Shown: positions 1 through 8,768 of the stretch, piece by piece
Layout of the letters: the number at the start of each line of letters is the position of its first letter
Numbering within the stretch: the stretch's first letter is position 1
NCBI GenBank assembly: GCA_963766785.1
Contig: CAVYBV010000003.1
Location: forward strand, 81,504-145,503
Direction of reading: 5' to 3'
Source of the DNA: an uncultured Acidobacteriota bacterium
GTDB lineage: Bacteria > Acidobacteriota > Terriglobia > Terriglobales > Acidobacteriaceae
Length of the DNA stretch: 64,000 bases
Position numbers and translations under genes: made by a program
Notes under the pieces: model-generated
What the model was told of the DNA's origin: nothing
The model's input: the letters and a program-made list of their open reading frames with translations, nothing else
The model's database searches: none

Positions 1-875
1 GGGGTCCAGCGCTGGTCGGCGTTGTCCTGGGTAAATGCCGCAATCACAATCAACCCGTTCTTGCCCGCGATCAGGGCCACGTCGTTGCGCACCTGGTTCA
101 GCGCGCCGGTCTTGTTGGCGATGGCCGATCCGTGCTCGCTGGTATCCATCGTCTGCAGATAGCGGGGAAGGCTGTCGCGGTCCTGCTGGTTGCGCAGCAT
201 GTGCAGCATCGCGCCGCAGATGGCTGCATCGCCCGGCGACGCGGTCCCCACGCCCGGTGCGTTCAGATCCAGCCGGCAATCGGCAAACCGTTCCATGATC
301 GATGCCATCTCCCGCGGCGTGGTTTTGCCCAGCCCGTACTTGGGCTGGTCCGCGGGAGCGTTGGGCGGCGGGGGGAGAAAAACCTTCTTGTACAGCACAG
401 TCTGTGTCAAACCGGCTGCGCCGAGCGTCCGGTTGATGTGCTCCAGTCCCAGGCGGTCGATCGCCATGTTGGTGGCCGTGTTGTCGCTCAGGATCACCAT
501 CAGCGTCAGCGCGTCCTTCAGGGTCAGGGTCAGGGGCGTGTCCAACTGGCTCAGCACGCCCGAGCCCTCCACCTGGTTGTCGTGCTTCAGCACCAGCTTC
601 TCTGAGAGCGCCGCGTGTCCCTCGCGAAGCTGCTCGGCCGCATCCAGCAGAATGCCCAGCTTGATGACGGAAGCCGTCTGCACCGGCATGTCGGGCTGGA
701 AGGACGCCGTCGCGCCTGTCTTCAGGTTTTGGGCAAAGACGGCCACTCGCCCGTGATGCGCCCGGGCAATGGCCGCAATTTCGCCATCCAGTTGCACGTC
801 CTCATGGGCCGCCTGTCCCCATGCCAGCGGCGTTGCCACGACGGCCGCAATCAAGCACAAAACCCGCAGGGTCAT
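1..875 (-). CDS. class A beta-lactamase-related serine hydrolase, N-terminal part (C-terminus lies beyond the left window edge)
   Basis: Open to position 1, so absent from the ORF track. Reverse-strand ATG at 875-873 reads MTLRVLCLIAAVVATPLAWGQAAHED (signal peptide). SxxK (TASVIK), SDN (LSDNTATN) and KTG (ANKTGAL) motifs follow in canonical order. Confidence 0.8.
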   Translation of the reverse strand, partial: MTLRVLCLIAAVVATPLAWGQAAHEDVQLDGEIAAIARAHHGRVAVFAQNLKTGATASFQPDMPVQTASVIKLGILLDAAEQLREGHAALSEKLVLKHDNQVEGSGVLSQLDTPLTLTLKDALTLMVILSDNTATNMAIDRLGLEHINRTLGAAGLTQTVLYKKVFLPPPPNAPADQPKYGLGKTTPREMASIMERFADCRLDLNAPGVGTASPGDAAICGAMLHMLRNQQDRDSLPRYLQTMDTSEHGSAIANKTGALNQVRNDVALIAGKNGLIVIAAFTQDNADQRWT

Positions 876-1150
876 GGCGCTAGAGTAACCTGTGGGGCGG
901 ACGCACACGACCGCATGGCCCCCGGCAATGGGTTAAGTTGATGGAGAAGGCCAACTTGCCGCGAAGATTGTTCTCGCCATCGTCGTCATGCTCCTCGTGG
1001 TCGGGTCGCTGGTTGCCGACTACTACTGGCGCCGCTGGATGGACCGCCAGCGCGAGGAGCGCGGGCGCGATGACCGATCCTGAGTCCTGAGGAGCTATTG
1101 CGATCACCGCTCATTCGTTACAATCGGATAGAGGGGGTCGTCCAATCGTC

Positions 1151-1843
1151 ATGCTTCATCTCGTCGCCCGTGCCTCGCGCATCCGCATCGTAAACGCAGT
1201 TGCCGTGCTTGGCCTTGCCGCCGCGCTTGGGCCGGCCACTCACGCCCAGTTCGGCCCGCCGGCAACGACCCAGGTGCACGACCCCGCCGCTCTGAGGCCT
1301 CCCGCGGGCGCGCGCGTCGCCATCGTCGAGTTTGAAGACATGGAGTGCCCCGATTGTGCTGCCGCCAACCCTCTGCTCAAGGAAGCCAGCGAAAAGTACC
1401 ACATCCCGTGGGTGCGCCACGACTTCCCGCTGCCCTTCCACGCCTGGAGCTTCCAGGCCGCGGTCAACGCGCGCTGGTTCGACTTGAAGGGCAAGAAGCT
1501 TGGCGACGAGTACCGCGACACCATCTTTGCCAACCAGGCTTCTTTCGGCGAGGATCCGGCGCGCATGGAGGACTTCACCCAGAAGTGGGCCTCCCAGCAC
1601 GGTATCGCGTTTCCCTTCAACGTGGACCCGCAGGGGAGGCTGGCCGCCGAAGTCAAAGCCGACTACGCACTCGGCCAGCGCGTCGGCATCGAGCACACGC
1701 CGACTATCTGGGTGGTTACCGACCACTCCAAGGGAGCGCCGTTTGTGGAGGTTGTGGACCGCAGCAAGCTGTACCAGTTGATTGACCAGGCGCTGGATGA
1801 CACCCGGGTGTCCGCATCAGGGCCGCGCCACTCCGGGCGATAG
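1151..1843 (+). CDS. DsbA-family thioredoxin-fold thiol:disulfide oxidoreductase (secreted)
   Basis: 230-aa ORF with a signal-like N-terminus. CxxC active site CPDC in VEFEDMECPDCAAANP. Overall DsbA-like length and layout. Confidence 0.85.
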   Translation: MLHLVARASRIRIVNAVAVLGLAAALGPATHAQFGPPATTQVHDPAALRPPAGARVAIVEFEDMECPDCAAANPLLKEASEKYHIPWVRHDFPLPFHAWSFQAAVNARWFDLKGKKLGDEYRDTIFANQASFGEDPARMEDFTQKWASQHGIAFPFNVDPQGRLAAEVKADYALGQRVGIEHTPTIWVVTDHSKGAPFVEVVDRSKLYQLIDQALDDTRVSASGPRHSGR

Positions 1844-1887
1844 AGCCGCTCCGCGCGAAGACGCCCGGAAGGGACGCCGGTAGCGCC

Positions 1888-2655
1888 TCAAAATCCCATG
1901 ATGTTGTAGCCGCAGTCCACGTAGATGGTCTCGCCGGTAATCGCGCTCGCGAGATCGCTGGCGAGGAAGAGCGCGAGCCCGCCCACTTCAAGCTGATCTA
2001 CGTTGCGATGCAGCGGCGCTCTCTCCATGTGCGCCCTCATCATCTCGCTCAGATCGCCGATGCCGCGCGCGGCCAGCGTCTTGATGGGCCCGGCGGAGAT
2101 AGCATTGACGCGGATATTCTTCGGGCCGAGGTTCGCGGCCAGATAGCGGGTTGCGCACTCGAGGGCCGCCTTGGCCAGCGCCATCACGTTGTAATTGGGC
2201 ACAACTTTTTCAGCGGCGTAATAGGTCATGGTCATGATGCTGCCGCCCTCGGTCATCAGTGGAGCGGCGGCGCGGCTGACCGCAATCAGCGAATAGACGC
2301 TCACATCCATTGCCACGCGGAACCCGTCGCGGCTGGTGTTGACGAACTCGCCTTTCAGGTCGGCAGCCGGCGCAAAAGCCACCGCGTGCACCAGGATGTC
2401 GAGCTTCCCGTACTTCTCCCTGAGGGCGGCGAACAGGGTATCGATCTCCTGATCGCTGGAGACATCGCACTGGAAGCCGGACGCGCCGGGCAAATCCGAG
2501 ATTAGGTCCTCTGCCTCCAGCTTCATGCGCTCGTTCTGGTAGCAGATGGCCAGGGTGGCGCCGGCAGCGTGCAGCTTTTGCGCGATGCCCCAGGCGATGG
2601 AGCGCTTGTTGGCCAGCCCGAACACAACGGCAGTTTTGCCTGCCAGGTCGATCAT
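1888..2655 (-). CDS. fabI: enoyl-[acyl-carrier-protein] reductase (NADH)
   Basis: 255-aa ORF. FabI-type N-terminus GLANKRSIAWGIA, catalytic Y-x6-K in PNYNVMALAKAALE, and ISAGPIKT. Confidence 0.95.
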   Translation of the reverse strand: MIDLAGKTAVVFGLANKRSIAWGIAQKLHAAGATLAICYQNERMKLEAEDLISDLPGASGFQCDVSSDQEIDTLFAALREKYGKLDILVHAVAFAPAADLKGEFVNTSRDGFRVAMDVSVYSLIAVSRAAAPLMTEGGSIMTMTYYAAEKVVPNYNVMALAKAALECATRYLAANLGPKNIRVNAISAGPIKTLAARGIGDLSEMMRAHMERAPLHRNVDQLEVGGLALFLASDLASAITGETIYVDCGYNIMGF

Positions 2656-2694
2656 GTCCTGAAGTTCCTCCAGACCCTCATGCGGGAACCAGCT

Positions 2695-2770
2695 GGCCCA
2701 AACCTTGTTGCATTCGTGGGGTTTGGGCCGACGAACAACATCCCTCAGGGGCTAAAGCCCGCATGTTGTT
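2695..2770. repeat. two perfect inverted repeats (hairpins) in the murI-fabI spacer
   Basis: GGCCCAAACC (2695-2704) pairs with GGTTTGGGCC (2720-2729), a 10-bp stem with a 15-nt loop. AACAACAT (2734-2741) pairs with ATGTTGTT (2763-2770), an 8-bp stem enclosing the small hairpin GGGC-TAAA-GCCC. Confidence 0.6.
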
Positions 2771-2781
2771 GTTGCGCTGGC

Positions 2782-2801
2782 GGCACGGCTGAAGCCGTGC
2801 C
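2782..2801 (-). terminator. GC-rich perfect hairpin ~50 nt downstream of murI (possible intrinsic terminator)
   Basis: GGCACGGC-tgaa-GCCGTGCC has an 8-bp perfect stem and a 4-nt loop. There is no clear U-tract on the minus strand, so terminator function is uncertain. Confidence 0.35.
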
Positions 2802-2854
2802 CTTTCAAAGCCCTGCCGATGCGACTGGTTCTAGGATAGCAGCCGCAGAAGCCC

Positions 2855-3673
2855 TCAGCCCTCCAGATCAACCAGCTCCACCTTGCCCGTGGGCCGACCC
2901 AGGAAACGCGATCCCAGCCGCTCGAACTTGTCCACCGAGTCGGTGGCGAAGCAGCGCACCTCGGCCGTGGCCGGCTCATTCTGCGCGTGCTCCTGCCCGA
3001 ACAGCCGCACCGCCGCATCCGCCGTGGCCTCGGCCGAGTCAATCACCTGCACGCCCGGTGTTACCGCCTGCTCCAACATGGGCCGCAGCAACGGATAGTG
3101 CGTGCACCCCAGCACCAGGGTGTCATAACGCAACCCCTGCTCGCGGGCCTGGGCCCGCAACTCCTCCAGATAAACGCCGATCACCTGGGCAGTCACCGGA
3201 TGCGCTGTCCATCCCTCCTCAACCAGCGGCACCAGCAGGGGGCAGGCCTTTTCCAGAGCGCGCAATCCCCGCGCCCGGCAAGCCGCGGCATACGCATGGC
3301 TCTGCACCGTGGCGTCGGTCGCGATCACCAGCACATCCCCGGTTTTCGAAGCCGCTTTTGCCGCCGCCGCACCCGGCTCGATCACTCCCAGCACCGGCAC
3401 CGGCACCGCCTGCTCGATCGCATCCAGAGCCAGCGCGCTGGCGGTATTGCACGCGATCACCAGAAACTCCGCGCCCTGCTTTTCGACGAGGAATTGCGCC
3501 CCCTCCGCAGCATAATGCGCGATGGTCCGCCGCGACTTTGATCCGTAGGGCAGCCGCGCCGTGTCTCCGAGGAACGAGTAGCACGCATTCGGAATGCGCT
3601 GGAGCAGCGCGCGCAGCACCGTCAGTCCGCCGAAACCTGAGTCGAAGACGCCGATACGAGGCGCCGGCTTCAT
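2855..3673 (-). CDS. murI: glutamate racemase
   Basis: 272-aa ORF with VFDSGFGGLTV near the N-terminus. Both catalytic Cys motifs are present: IACNTAS and LGCTHYPLL. Confidence 0.95.
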   Translation of the reverse strand: MKPAPRIGVFDSGFGGLTVLRALLQRIPNACYSFLGDTARLPYGSKSRRTIAHYAAEGAQFLVEKQGAEFLVIACNTASALALDAIEQAVPVPVLGVIEPGAAAAKAASKTGDVLVIATDATVQSHAYAAACRARGLRALEKACPLLVPLVEEGWTAHPVTAQVIGVYLEELRAQAREQGLRYDTLVLGCTHYPLLRPMLEQAVTPGVQVIDSAEATADAAVRLFGQEHAQNEPATAEVRCFATDSVDKFERLGSRFLGRPTGKVELVDLEG

Positions 3674-4341
3674 GGATTTACCACCTCAGCCGGCGCAGCA
3701 TCGGAGGTGAGATACGTCCGCGTGAGGTCCACGTGCCCGGCCAGAGACTCGCGCGCCCCGCCATCCACCAAAAAACGCACCTCGGTAACTTGCGGCAGGT
3801 TCGCCTTAAGCGTTCCGCAAATCGAAAGCACCGTCAGCGTCTCCGTCTCCAGCCCCGAAGGATGCGTCGCCGCAAAGCTTCCCTTCAGATTCACCACCGC
3901 CAACTCCGGCCCGGCGTCTGCAGCGTTTGCCGCCTTTGCCGCAGCGGCTTGCGGGGCCGCCGTTTTCGCGCCGTCCTCGCCCTGGGCCGGAAGCAGGAAC
4001 ACATTCTCGACTGATCGCGCTCCGCCCGGCACCGGGTGTGTCGAGCCTTTATCCGCGTACAGCTCCAGCAGCTTGTCCAGCACCGCCCGCGCCCGCGCCT
4101 CCGCATCCGCCGGCAGCGGCAGCATCAGCGATTGCGGCCGCAGCGAGTTGTCGTCGTCATCGGCCACCAGCAGCGTGGCCTCGACCGGCGGCGCCACCTC
4201 CGGCGCCTTTGTCGGCGCCGAATCCTGTCCCGTGAGCATGGTCTGGTGTTCCTTCTCCAGGGTGTGAAACAGCACCACGCCCATGGTCAGCGACGAGAGC
4301 ACCAGCACCGAGAATATGATCGCCAGATGCCGCGGGATCAT
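3670..4341 (-). CDS. GerMN domain-containing membrane-anchored protein
   Basis: Track ORF is 3670..4365. The start is moved to the internal ATG at 4341 (MIPRHLAIIFSVLVLSS, a TM anchor), which forms an ATGA overlap with the amidase stop. The C-terminal part resembles GerMN (AVVNLKGSF...VRFLVDGGARESLAGHVDL). Its stop overlaps the murI start (ATGA). Confidence 0.7.
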   Translation of the reverse strand: MIPRHLAIIFSVLVLSSLTMGVVLFHTLEKEHQTMLTGQDSAPTKAPEVAPPVEATLLVADDDDNSLRPQSLMLPLPADAEARARAVLDKLLELYADKGSTHPVPGGARSVENVFLLPAQGEDGAKTAAPQAAAAKAANAADAGPELAVVNLKGSFAATHPSGLETETLTVLSICGTLKANLPQVTEVRFLVDGGARESLAGHVDLTRTYLTSDAAPAEVVNP

Positions 4342-5036
4342 CGCAGGTGCGCCTCCGTGCGCCACTCCAGCAGCGCCGAGGCCAGCGTCGCCGCCACCTT
4401 GGCCTGGTAATCCGGATTGTCCGGCTCCGCCAGGGTTTTCTGGTCCGAGTCCCGCTCCGGCGCCAGCTCAATGGCCACCGCCGGGCATTCCATGCTGTCG
4501 ATCCCCGGCAGCGCCGTCCGTCCCAGGGTCACGTTCACGCCTCCGCGCTGGAGCGCCGAGTTCAGGACTCCCATCAGGGCAAGGCTGGGCGTAACCCAGC
4601 CCGATTGCGCGGTCTTCCACGGCATGAATTCGGCGGCCGGCGTGGGGGCCAGGTTGGATGCGTAAAGGTGTACGCCGCTGCCCGTCTCCGCCGCATGCAG
4701 GCTGAGGCAGGCCTGTGCCCGCGCCCGGTTGGCGGTCTGTGCCCGTTCGGCCGGGTCCAGCGACTGATCCGTCTCCCGCGTGGTCACCACGTCGATGCCG
4801 CGCGCCGCCAGCAGCGACCGCAGGCGCACGCTCAGCGCCAGCGTGGCCGCCTTCTCAAACTGTCCGTCATTCAGATGCCCGCCGGTGTCGTCGCCGCCGT
4901 GGGCCGCATCCAGCACCACCACGAAGCGCGGCGGCGCCGGCTGGCTCCATGCCGGCCCGCTCAGCCCCAGCGCCGCCAACAGCAGCGCTGCCGCCGCGAG
5001 CCTCGCTCGCCCACGCTTGCCGTCAATCCAGCGCAT
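4338..5036 (-). CDS. N-acetylmuramoyl-L-alanine amidase (Amidase_3 family)
   Basis: 232-aa ORF with a signal peptide. Zn-site region VVLDAAHGGDDTGG and ...LSLHAAE... are typical of AmiA/B/C-type amidases. Confidence 0.85.
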   Translation of the reverse strand: MRWIDGKRGRARLAAAALLLAALGLSGPAWSQPAPPRFVVVLDAAHGGDDTGGHLNDGQFEKAATLALSVRLRSLLAARGIDVVTTRETDQSLDPAERAQTANRARAQACLSLHAAETGSGVHLYASNLAPTPAAEFMPWKTAQSGWVTPSLALMGVLNSALQRGGVNVTLGRTALPGIDSMECPAVAIELAPERDSDQKTLAEPDNPDYQAKVAATLASALLEWRTEAHLR

Positions 5037-6348
5037 AAATAGTCAGACCGCTCAAGAGCTTGGGATAAAAATCTGTCGATTTCTGCGGCATCACCTCGCC
5101 GGCAAACGCCACCTCGCGCAGTTGCTCCATGGTCACCGGATTGGTGAGCAACGCCACGTCGGCCTCGCCGCGCCGCACCTGGTCCACGGCCTCGCCCGCA
5201 TCGCGCAGGTAGCGCAGATTGGTCTGCTCGCGGATGTTCTCGGGGGTCAGGCCCAATACGTGCTCCAGCAGCACCTTGTGCAGCACCGTCAGGTCCAGTC
5301 CCTTTTGCCGCTCCGGCAAACCCTCCAGCATCGGCAGCACCGTCTCCGCCTTCGGACAGAGCAGCCACTCGCCGTCTTTGAGCACCGCGACAAAGGCCGT
5401 GCCCGCGTGTCCGGCCAGCTCGTGCAGGCACTTCTCCGCCGTCGCATCGTCCAGGTTCTCCGCGACGAAGAACTCTTCTGCCTCGGCGAGAAATCCCGCG
5501 GGACTGAATTTCTGCACTCCGTGCACCACCCGGTGCGTGGGCAGAATCACCAGCCCGTCCGAGTCCATGTTGACGAAGGTCATCATCGCCGCCGCTTCCG
5601 GAAGCGTCGGGTGCGGCAGGTGGCTGGTGTGCAGCTCCCTGCGCTCTCCCACCGCCGGCGCATGCTCTCTGGCATAATTCAACGCCGTTTCGTAGCGATG
5701 GTGCCCATCGGCGATGATAAGTTTCTTGTCCTGCATGGCCGCGCACAGCAGCCGGATCGCCGCCGGGTCGCCGATGCGCCACAGCCTGTGCACCACACCG
5801 TACTCGTCTGTCACCTCCGCGTCGGCCGCGCCGCTGCCGTCGTAGAGGATGCGCTCCACGCTTCCCGCTGGATCCGAGTACAGCATGAAGATTTGGCCAA
5901 AATGCGCGCGCGTGGCTTTGAGGAGGTTCAGCCGATCACTTTTCGGCTTGGAAAGCGTCTGTTCATGACGAAAGACTACCTGGTCGGTGTAGTCATGCAG
6001 CTTTCCCAGCGCGATGAATCCGCGGCGCTCTTTGGTCCCTTCGCTTCCCGGCACTTTGAAGCATTGCGAATAAGCGAAAACACACGGCGTCTTCTCCTGG
6101 ATCAGCACGGCCTGCTCGCGCCAGGCGCGAAAGTCGCGCGCTGCGCGGCTATAAACATTTTCCCCGCGGTCGGCATCGAAGAGTTCAGGCAGGCCGAGGA
6201 TGATGCGGACCAGATTGTAAGGACTGCTTTGGTAGTAGGCCTGTTGCATGGCCGGCGTGATCTTGTCGTAAGGCTGGGTCACCACGTCATCGAGCCGGAC
6301 TGCGGCCGAATTGTAGCGCCAGGCGCGGAACGGAAAGACGTTGGCCAT
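5023..6348 (-). CDS. DUF1015 domain-containing protein
   Basis: Track ORF is 5023..6456. The start is moved to the ATG at 6348 (MANVFPFRAWRYN), which matches the usual DUF1015 N-terminus. The sequence is DUF1015-like throughout (QPYDKI..., GHHRYETAL). Confidence 0.85.
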   Translation of the reverse strand: MANVFPFRAWRYNSAAVRLDDVVTQPYDKITPAMQQAYYQSSPYNLVRIILGLPELFDADRGENVYSRAARDFRAWREQAVLIQEKTPCVFAYSQCFKVPGSEGTKERRGFIALGKLHDYTDQVVFRHEQTLSKPKSDRLNLLKATRAHFGQIFMLYSDPAGSVERILYDGSGAADAEVTDEYGVVHRLWRIGDPAAIRLLCAAMQDKKLIIADGHHRYETALNYAREHAPAVGERRELHTSHLPHPTLPEAAAMMTFVNMDSDGLVILPTHRVVHGVQKFSPAGFLAEAEEFFVAENLDDATAEKCLHELAGHAGTAFVAVLKDGEWLLCPKAETVLPMLEGLPERQKGLDLTVLHKVLLEHVLGLTPENIREQTNLRYLRDAGEAVDQVRRGEADVALLTNPVTMEQLREVAFAGEVMPQKSTDFYPKLLSGLTIYALD

Positions 6349-6564
6349 GCGGAAGAGTTCGCTCCATGTTGAAAGGGCGGCAGTTACGCCGCCGCTTCCG
6401 GGATCTCCCGGTTCTGGAATCCCGTCGGGTTCTACGCTCGATTGTATCGCGGGCACCGGAGTTGGCCAGGCACACGGTTACCAGCTCATGAAACCGCAAA
6501 AGGAAAACCAGCCCAGGATGCGCCCGCCGTGCTAACATCACGTTCTATCTACCGGTGCAGCGGT

Positions 6565-7632
6565 ATGAGGAACTCTCCAATTCTGCGTTCATCACCCCAC
6601 GGATGGCAGCTCCCCCGTCGCCTGGCTTTCCTCGCCTGCATGCTTGCGTTCGCCGTGTTCGCGCTCCACGCGCAGGACGATCCGCTGAACAAGGTGCATG
6701 TGCCGCCGCCGTCCAGTTCCACTCCCGCAACCGGGGCCCCCGCCGGTGCTGATCCGGCCGCCGTTACCGGCGCCGACGCCCTCAAGGCGCATCCCGGCAG
6801 CTTCATTCGACTGAACGTGAACCTGGTGCTGGTGCCGGTCACCGTGACCGACCCTATGAACCGCCTGGTCACCGGACTGGAGCAGGAGGACTTCCGCGTC
6901 TACGAAGACAATAAGGAACAGAAGATCTCCTCGTTCGCCAGCGAGGATGCTCCCGTCTCCATCGGCATCATCTTCGATCTCTCTGGCTCCATGACCTCCA
7001 AGCTGATGCGCGCCCGCGAGTCCATCCTCCAGTTCATCAAGACGGCCAATCCGCAGGATGAATTCTTCGTGATCGGCTTTAACGACCGGCCGGAGCTGAT
7101 CGAGGATTTCACCAGTTCGGTTGATGACATCCAGTCGCGCCTGGCCACGGTGCGCAGCGGCCACCGCACCGCCCTGCTGGACGCCATCTACTACGGCGTG
7201 GAAAAGATGAAGGATGCGCGCCACGAGCGCAAGGCTCTCCTCATCGTCTCCGACGGCGGCGACAACCGCTCCCGCTACACCGAAGGCGAGGTTCGCGCCC
7301 AGGTCCGCGAGTCCGACGTCGAAATCTATTCCATGGGCATCTTCGACCCCTACGCCGCCACCCCCGAAGAGCGCACCGGCCCCCTGCTGCTGAACGATAT
7401 TTGCGAAGAGACCGGCGGGCGCATGTTCCGCGTCGACGACCTTTCCGAAATGAGCGACATCGCCGAGAAAATCTCCACCGAGCTGCGCAACCAGTACGTG
7501 ATTGGGTACAACCCCAGGGACCTGCGCCGAGATGGCAAGTGGCGTAAAGTAAAAGTCAAGCTGAATCCGCCCCAGGGACTGCCGCCGCTTACGGTTCATG
7601 CACGTACGGGCTACTATGCGCCATTGCAATAA
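6565..7632 (+). CDS. VWA domain-containing protein (acidobacterial VWFA-type), copy 1
   Basis: Start at the ATG at 6565 (MRNSPILRSS..., signal peptide). MIDAS motif IIFDLSGSM, later LIVSDGGDN. The C-terminal beta region ends ...KVKVKLNPPQGLPPLTVHARTGYYA. Confidence 0.85.
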   Translation: MRNSPILRSSPHGWQLPRRLAFLACMLAFAVFALHAQDDPLNKVHVPPPSSSTPATGAPAGADPAAVTGADALKAHPGSFIRLNVNLVLVPVTVTDPMNRLVTGLEQEDFRVYEDNKEQKISSFASEDAPVSIGIIFDLSGSMTSKLMRARESILQFIKTANPQDEFFVIGFNDRPELIEDFTSSVDDIQSRLATVRSGHRTALLDAIYYGVEKMKDARHERKALLIVSDGGDNRSRYTEGEVRAQVRESDVEIYSMGIFDPYAATPEERTGPLLLNDICEETGGRMFRVDDLSEMSDIAEKISTELRNQYVIGYNPRDLRRDGKWRKVKVKLNPPQGLPPLTVHARTGYYAPLQ

Positions 7633-8683
7633 CGCGATCTCCGCGCTTCTGATTGCCGCCGCTTTTTTGTTGCCGGCACAAAAAACGCCCACTCAGGAAG
7701 TTCCGTCCGGCTCTCCCGGCCAGGCGCCTTCTCTCACCGTGGATCGCGATCCGGTTCGCGCGCCCGCCGGCCCCGGCCCCAGCGCGCCTCAATCCAACGT
7801 GGAAAAGGAACACGGCGGTTACGTGCTGCGCACCGACGTTGAGGAGGTTTCTCTCAACTGCACGGTGCTTGACTCCTCCGGGCGCCTCGTGCAGGACCTG
7901 ACCCAGAGCAACTTCCAGGTCCTTGAGGACGGCGTCAAGCAGAACATCATCAGCTTCCAGCACACCGATACGCCGGTCTCCATCGGCATGGTCATCGACA
8001 ATTCCGGCTCCATGTCGCGCAAGCGCCCTGCCGTGAACAAGAGCGCGCTCGACCTGATTGAGGCCTCCAACCCCCAGGACGAAGCCTTCGTTGTCAACTT
8101 CTCCGACGAGGCCTTCATTGACCAGGACTTCACCTCCGACGTGAACAAGCTCCGCGACGGTCTCGCCCACGTGGAATCCCGCGGCGGCACCGCGCTCTAC
8201 GATGCCGTGGTCGCCTCCGCCGACAAGCTGGCCGCCGATGCCCGCCGCCCCAAGCAGGTGCTCATCATCATCACCGACGGCGAGGACAATGCCTCCACAC
8301 TCGATCTGGAGCAGACCATCCGCCGCGTCCAGGCGCTCTCCGGCCCCGAGATTTACACCATCGGCCTCCTCTTCGGCGACGAGATGAGCCGCGCCGAACA
8401 ACGCCACGCCCACCGCGCTCTGGAAATGCTCTCTACGGAAACCGGCGGCATGGCCTTTTTCCCCAGATCGATGGAGCAGGTGGACGATATCGCCGCCGAG
8501 GTAGCCCGCGACATTCGCAGCCAGTACACCATCGGCTATCGCTCCACCAAGCCGATGAGCGTTCCCGGTTTCCGCCGCATTGAAGTGGTCGCGGAGAACG
8601 GCCACAAGCTCAACGTCCGCGCCCGCACCGGCTACTTCCCGTCTCCAAATCGCCCCCGCCACAGCAATCGGGCATCGAACTAG
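7616..8683 (+). CDS. VWA domain-containing protein (acidobacterial VWFA-type), copy 2
   Basis: Start at the ATG at 7616 (MRHCNNAISALLIAAAFLLPAQ, signal peptide), overlapping the end of copy 1 by 17 nt. MIDAS motif MVIDNSGSM, then IIITDGEDN. The tail ...LNVRARTGYF is paralogous to copy 1. Confidence 0.85.
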   Translation: MRHCNNAISALLIAAAFLLPAQKTPTQEVPSGSPGQAPSLTVDRDPVRAPAGPGPSAPQSNVEKEHGGYVLRTDVEEVSLNCTVLDSSGRLVQDLTQSNFQVLEDGVKQNIISFQHTDTPVSIGMVIDNSGSMSRKRPAVNKSALDLIEASNPQDEAFVVNFSDEAFIDQDFTSDVNKLRDGLAHVESRGGTALYDAVVASADKLAADARRPKQVLIIITDGEDNASTLDLEQTIRRVQALSGPEIYTIGLLFGDEMSRAEQRHAHRALEMLSTETGGMAFFPRSMEQVDDIAAEVARDIRSQYTIGYRSTKPMSVPGFRRIEVVAENGHKLNVRARTGYFPSPNRPRHSNRASN

Positions 8684-8768
8684 GGCCGGCTGACAGGCGC
8701 TGGTGACCGGTTTTCCACCGGCGCTTCCCGCTGCCAACCGCACGCCCGGGGATTTAGACTTCTCTCCC

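Noticed and set aside
880-1107. 75-aa minus-strand ORF, and a plus-strand frame encoding ...KIVLAIVVMLLVVGSLVADYYWRRWMDRQREERGRDDRS
   Set aside because: The minus ORF has no motifs. The plus frame looks like a small TM peptide, but its only canonical start leaves about 31 codons and no clear RBS. That is insufficient support.
2569-6372. Long plus-strand ORFs 2569..4014 (481 aa) and 4780..6372 (530 aa)
   Set aside because: Their translations are Pro/Arg/Ala-rich low-complexity sequence. They lie antisense to genes with clear family motifs (murI, GerMN, amidase, DUF1015). These are typical shadow ORFs of high-GC DNA.
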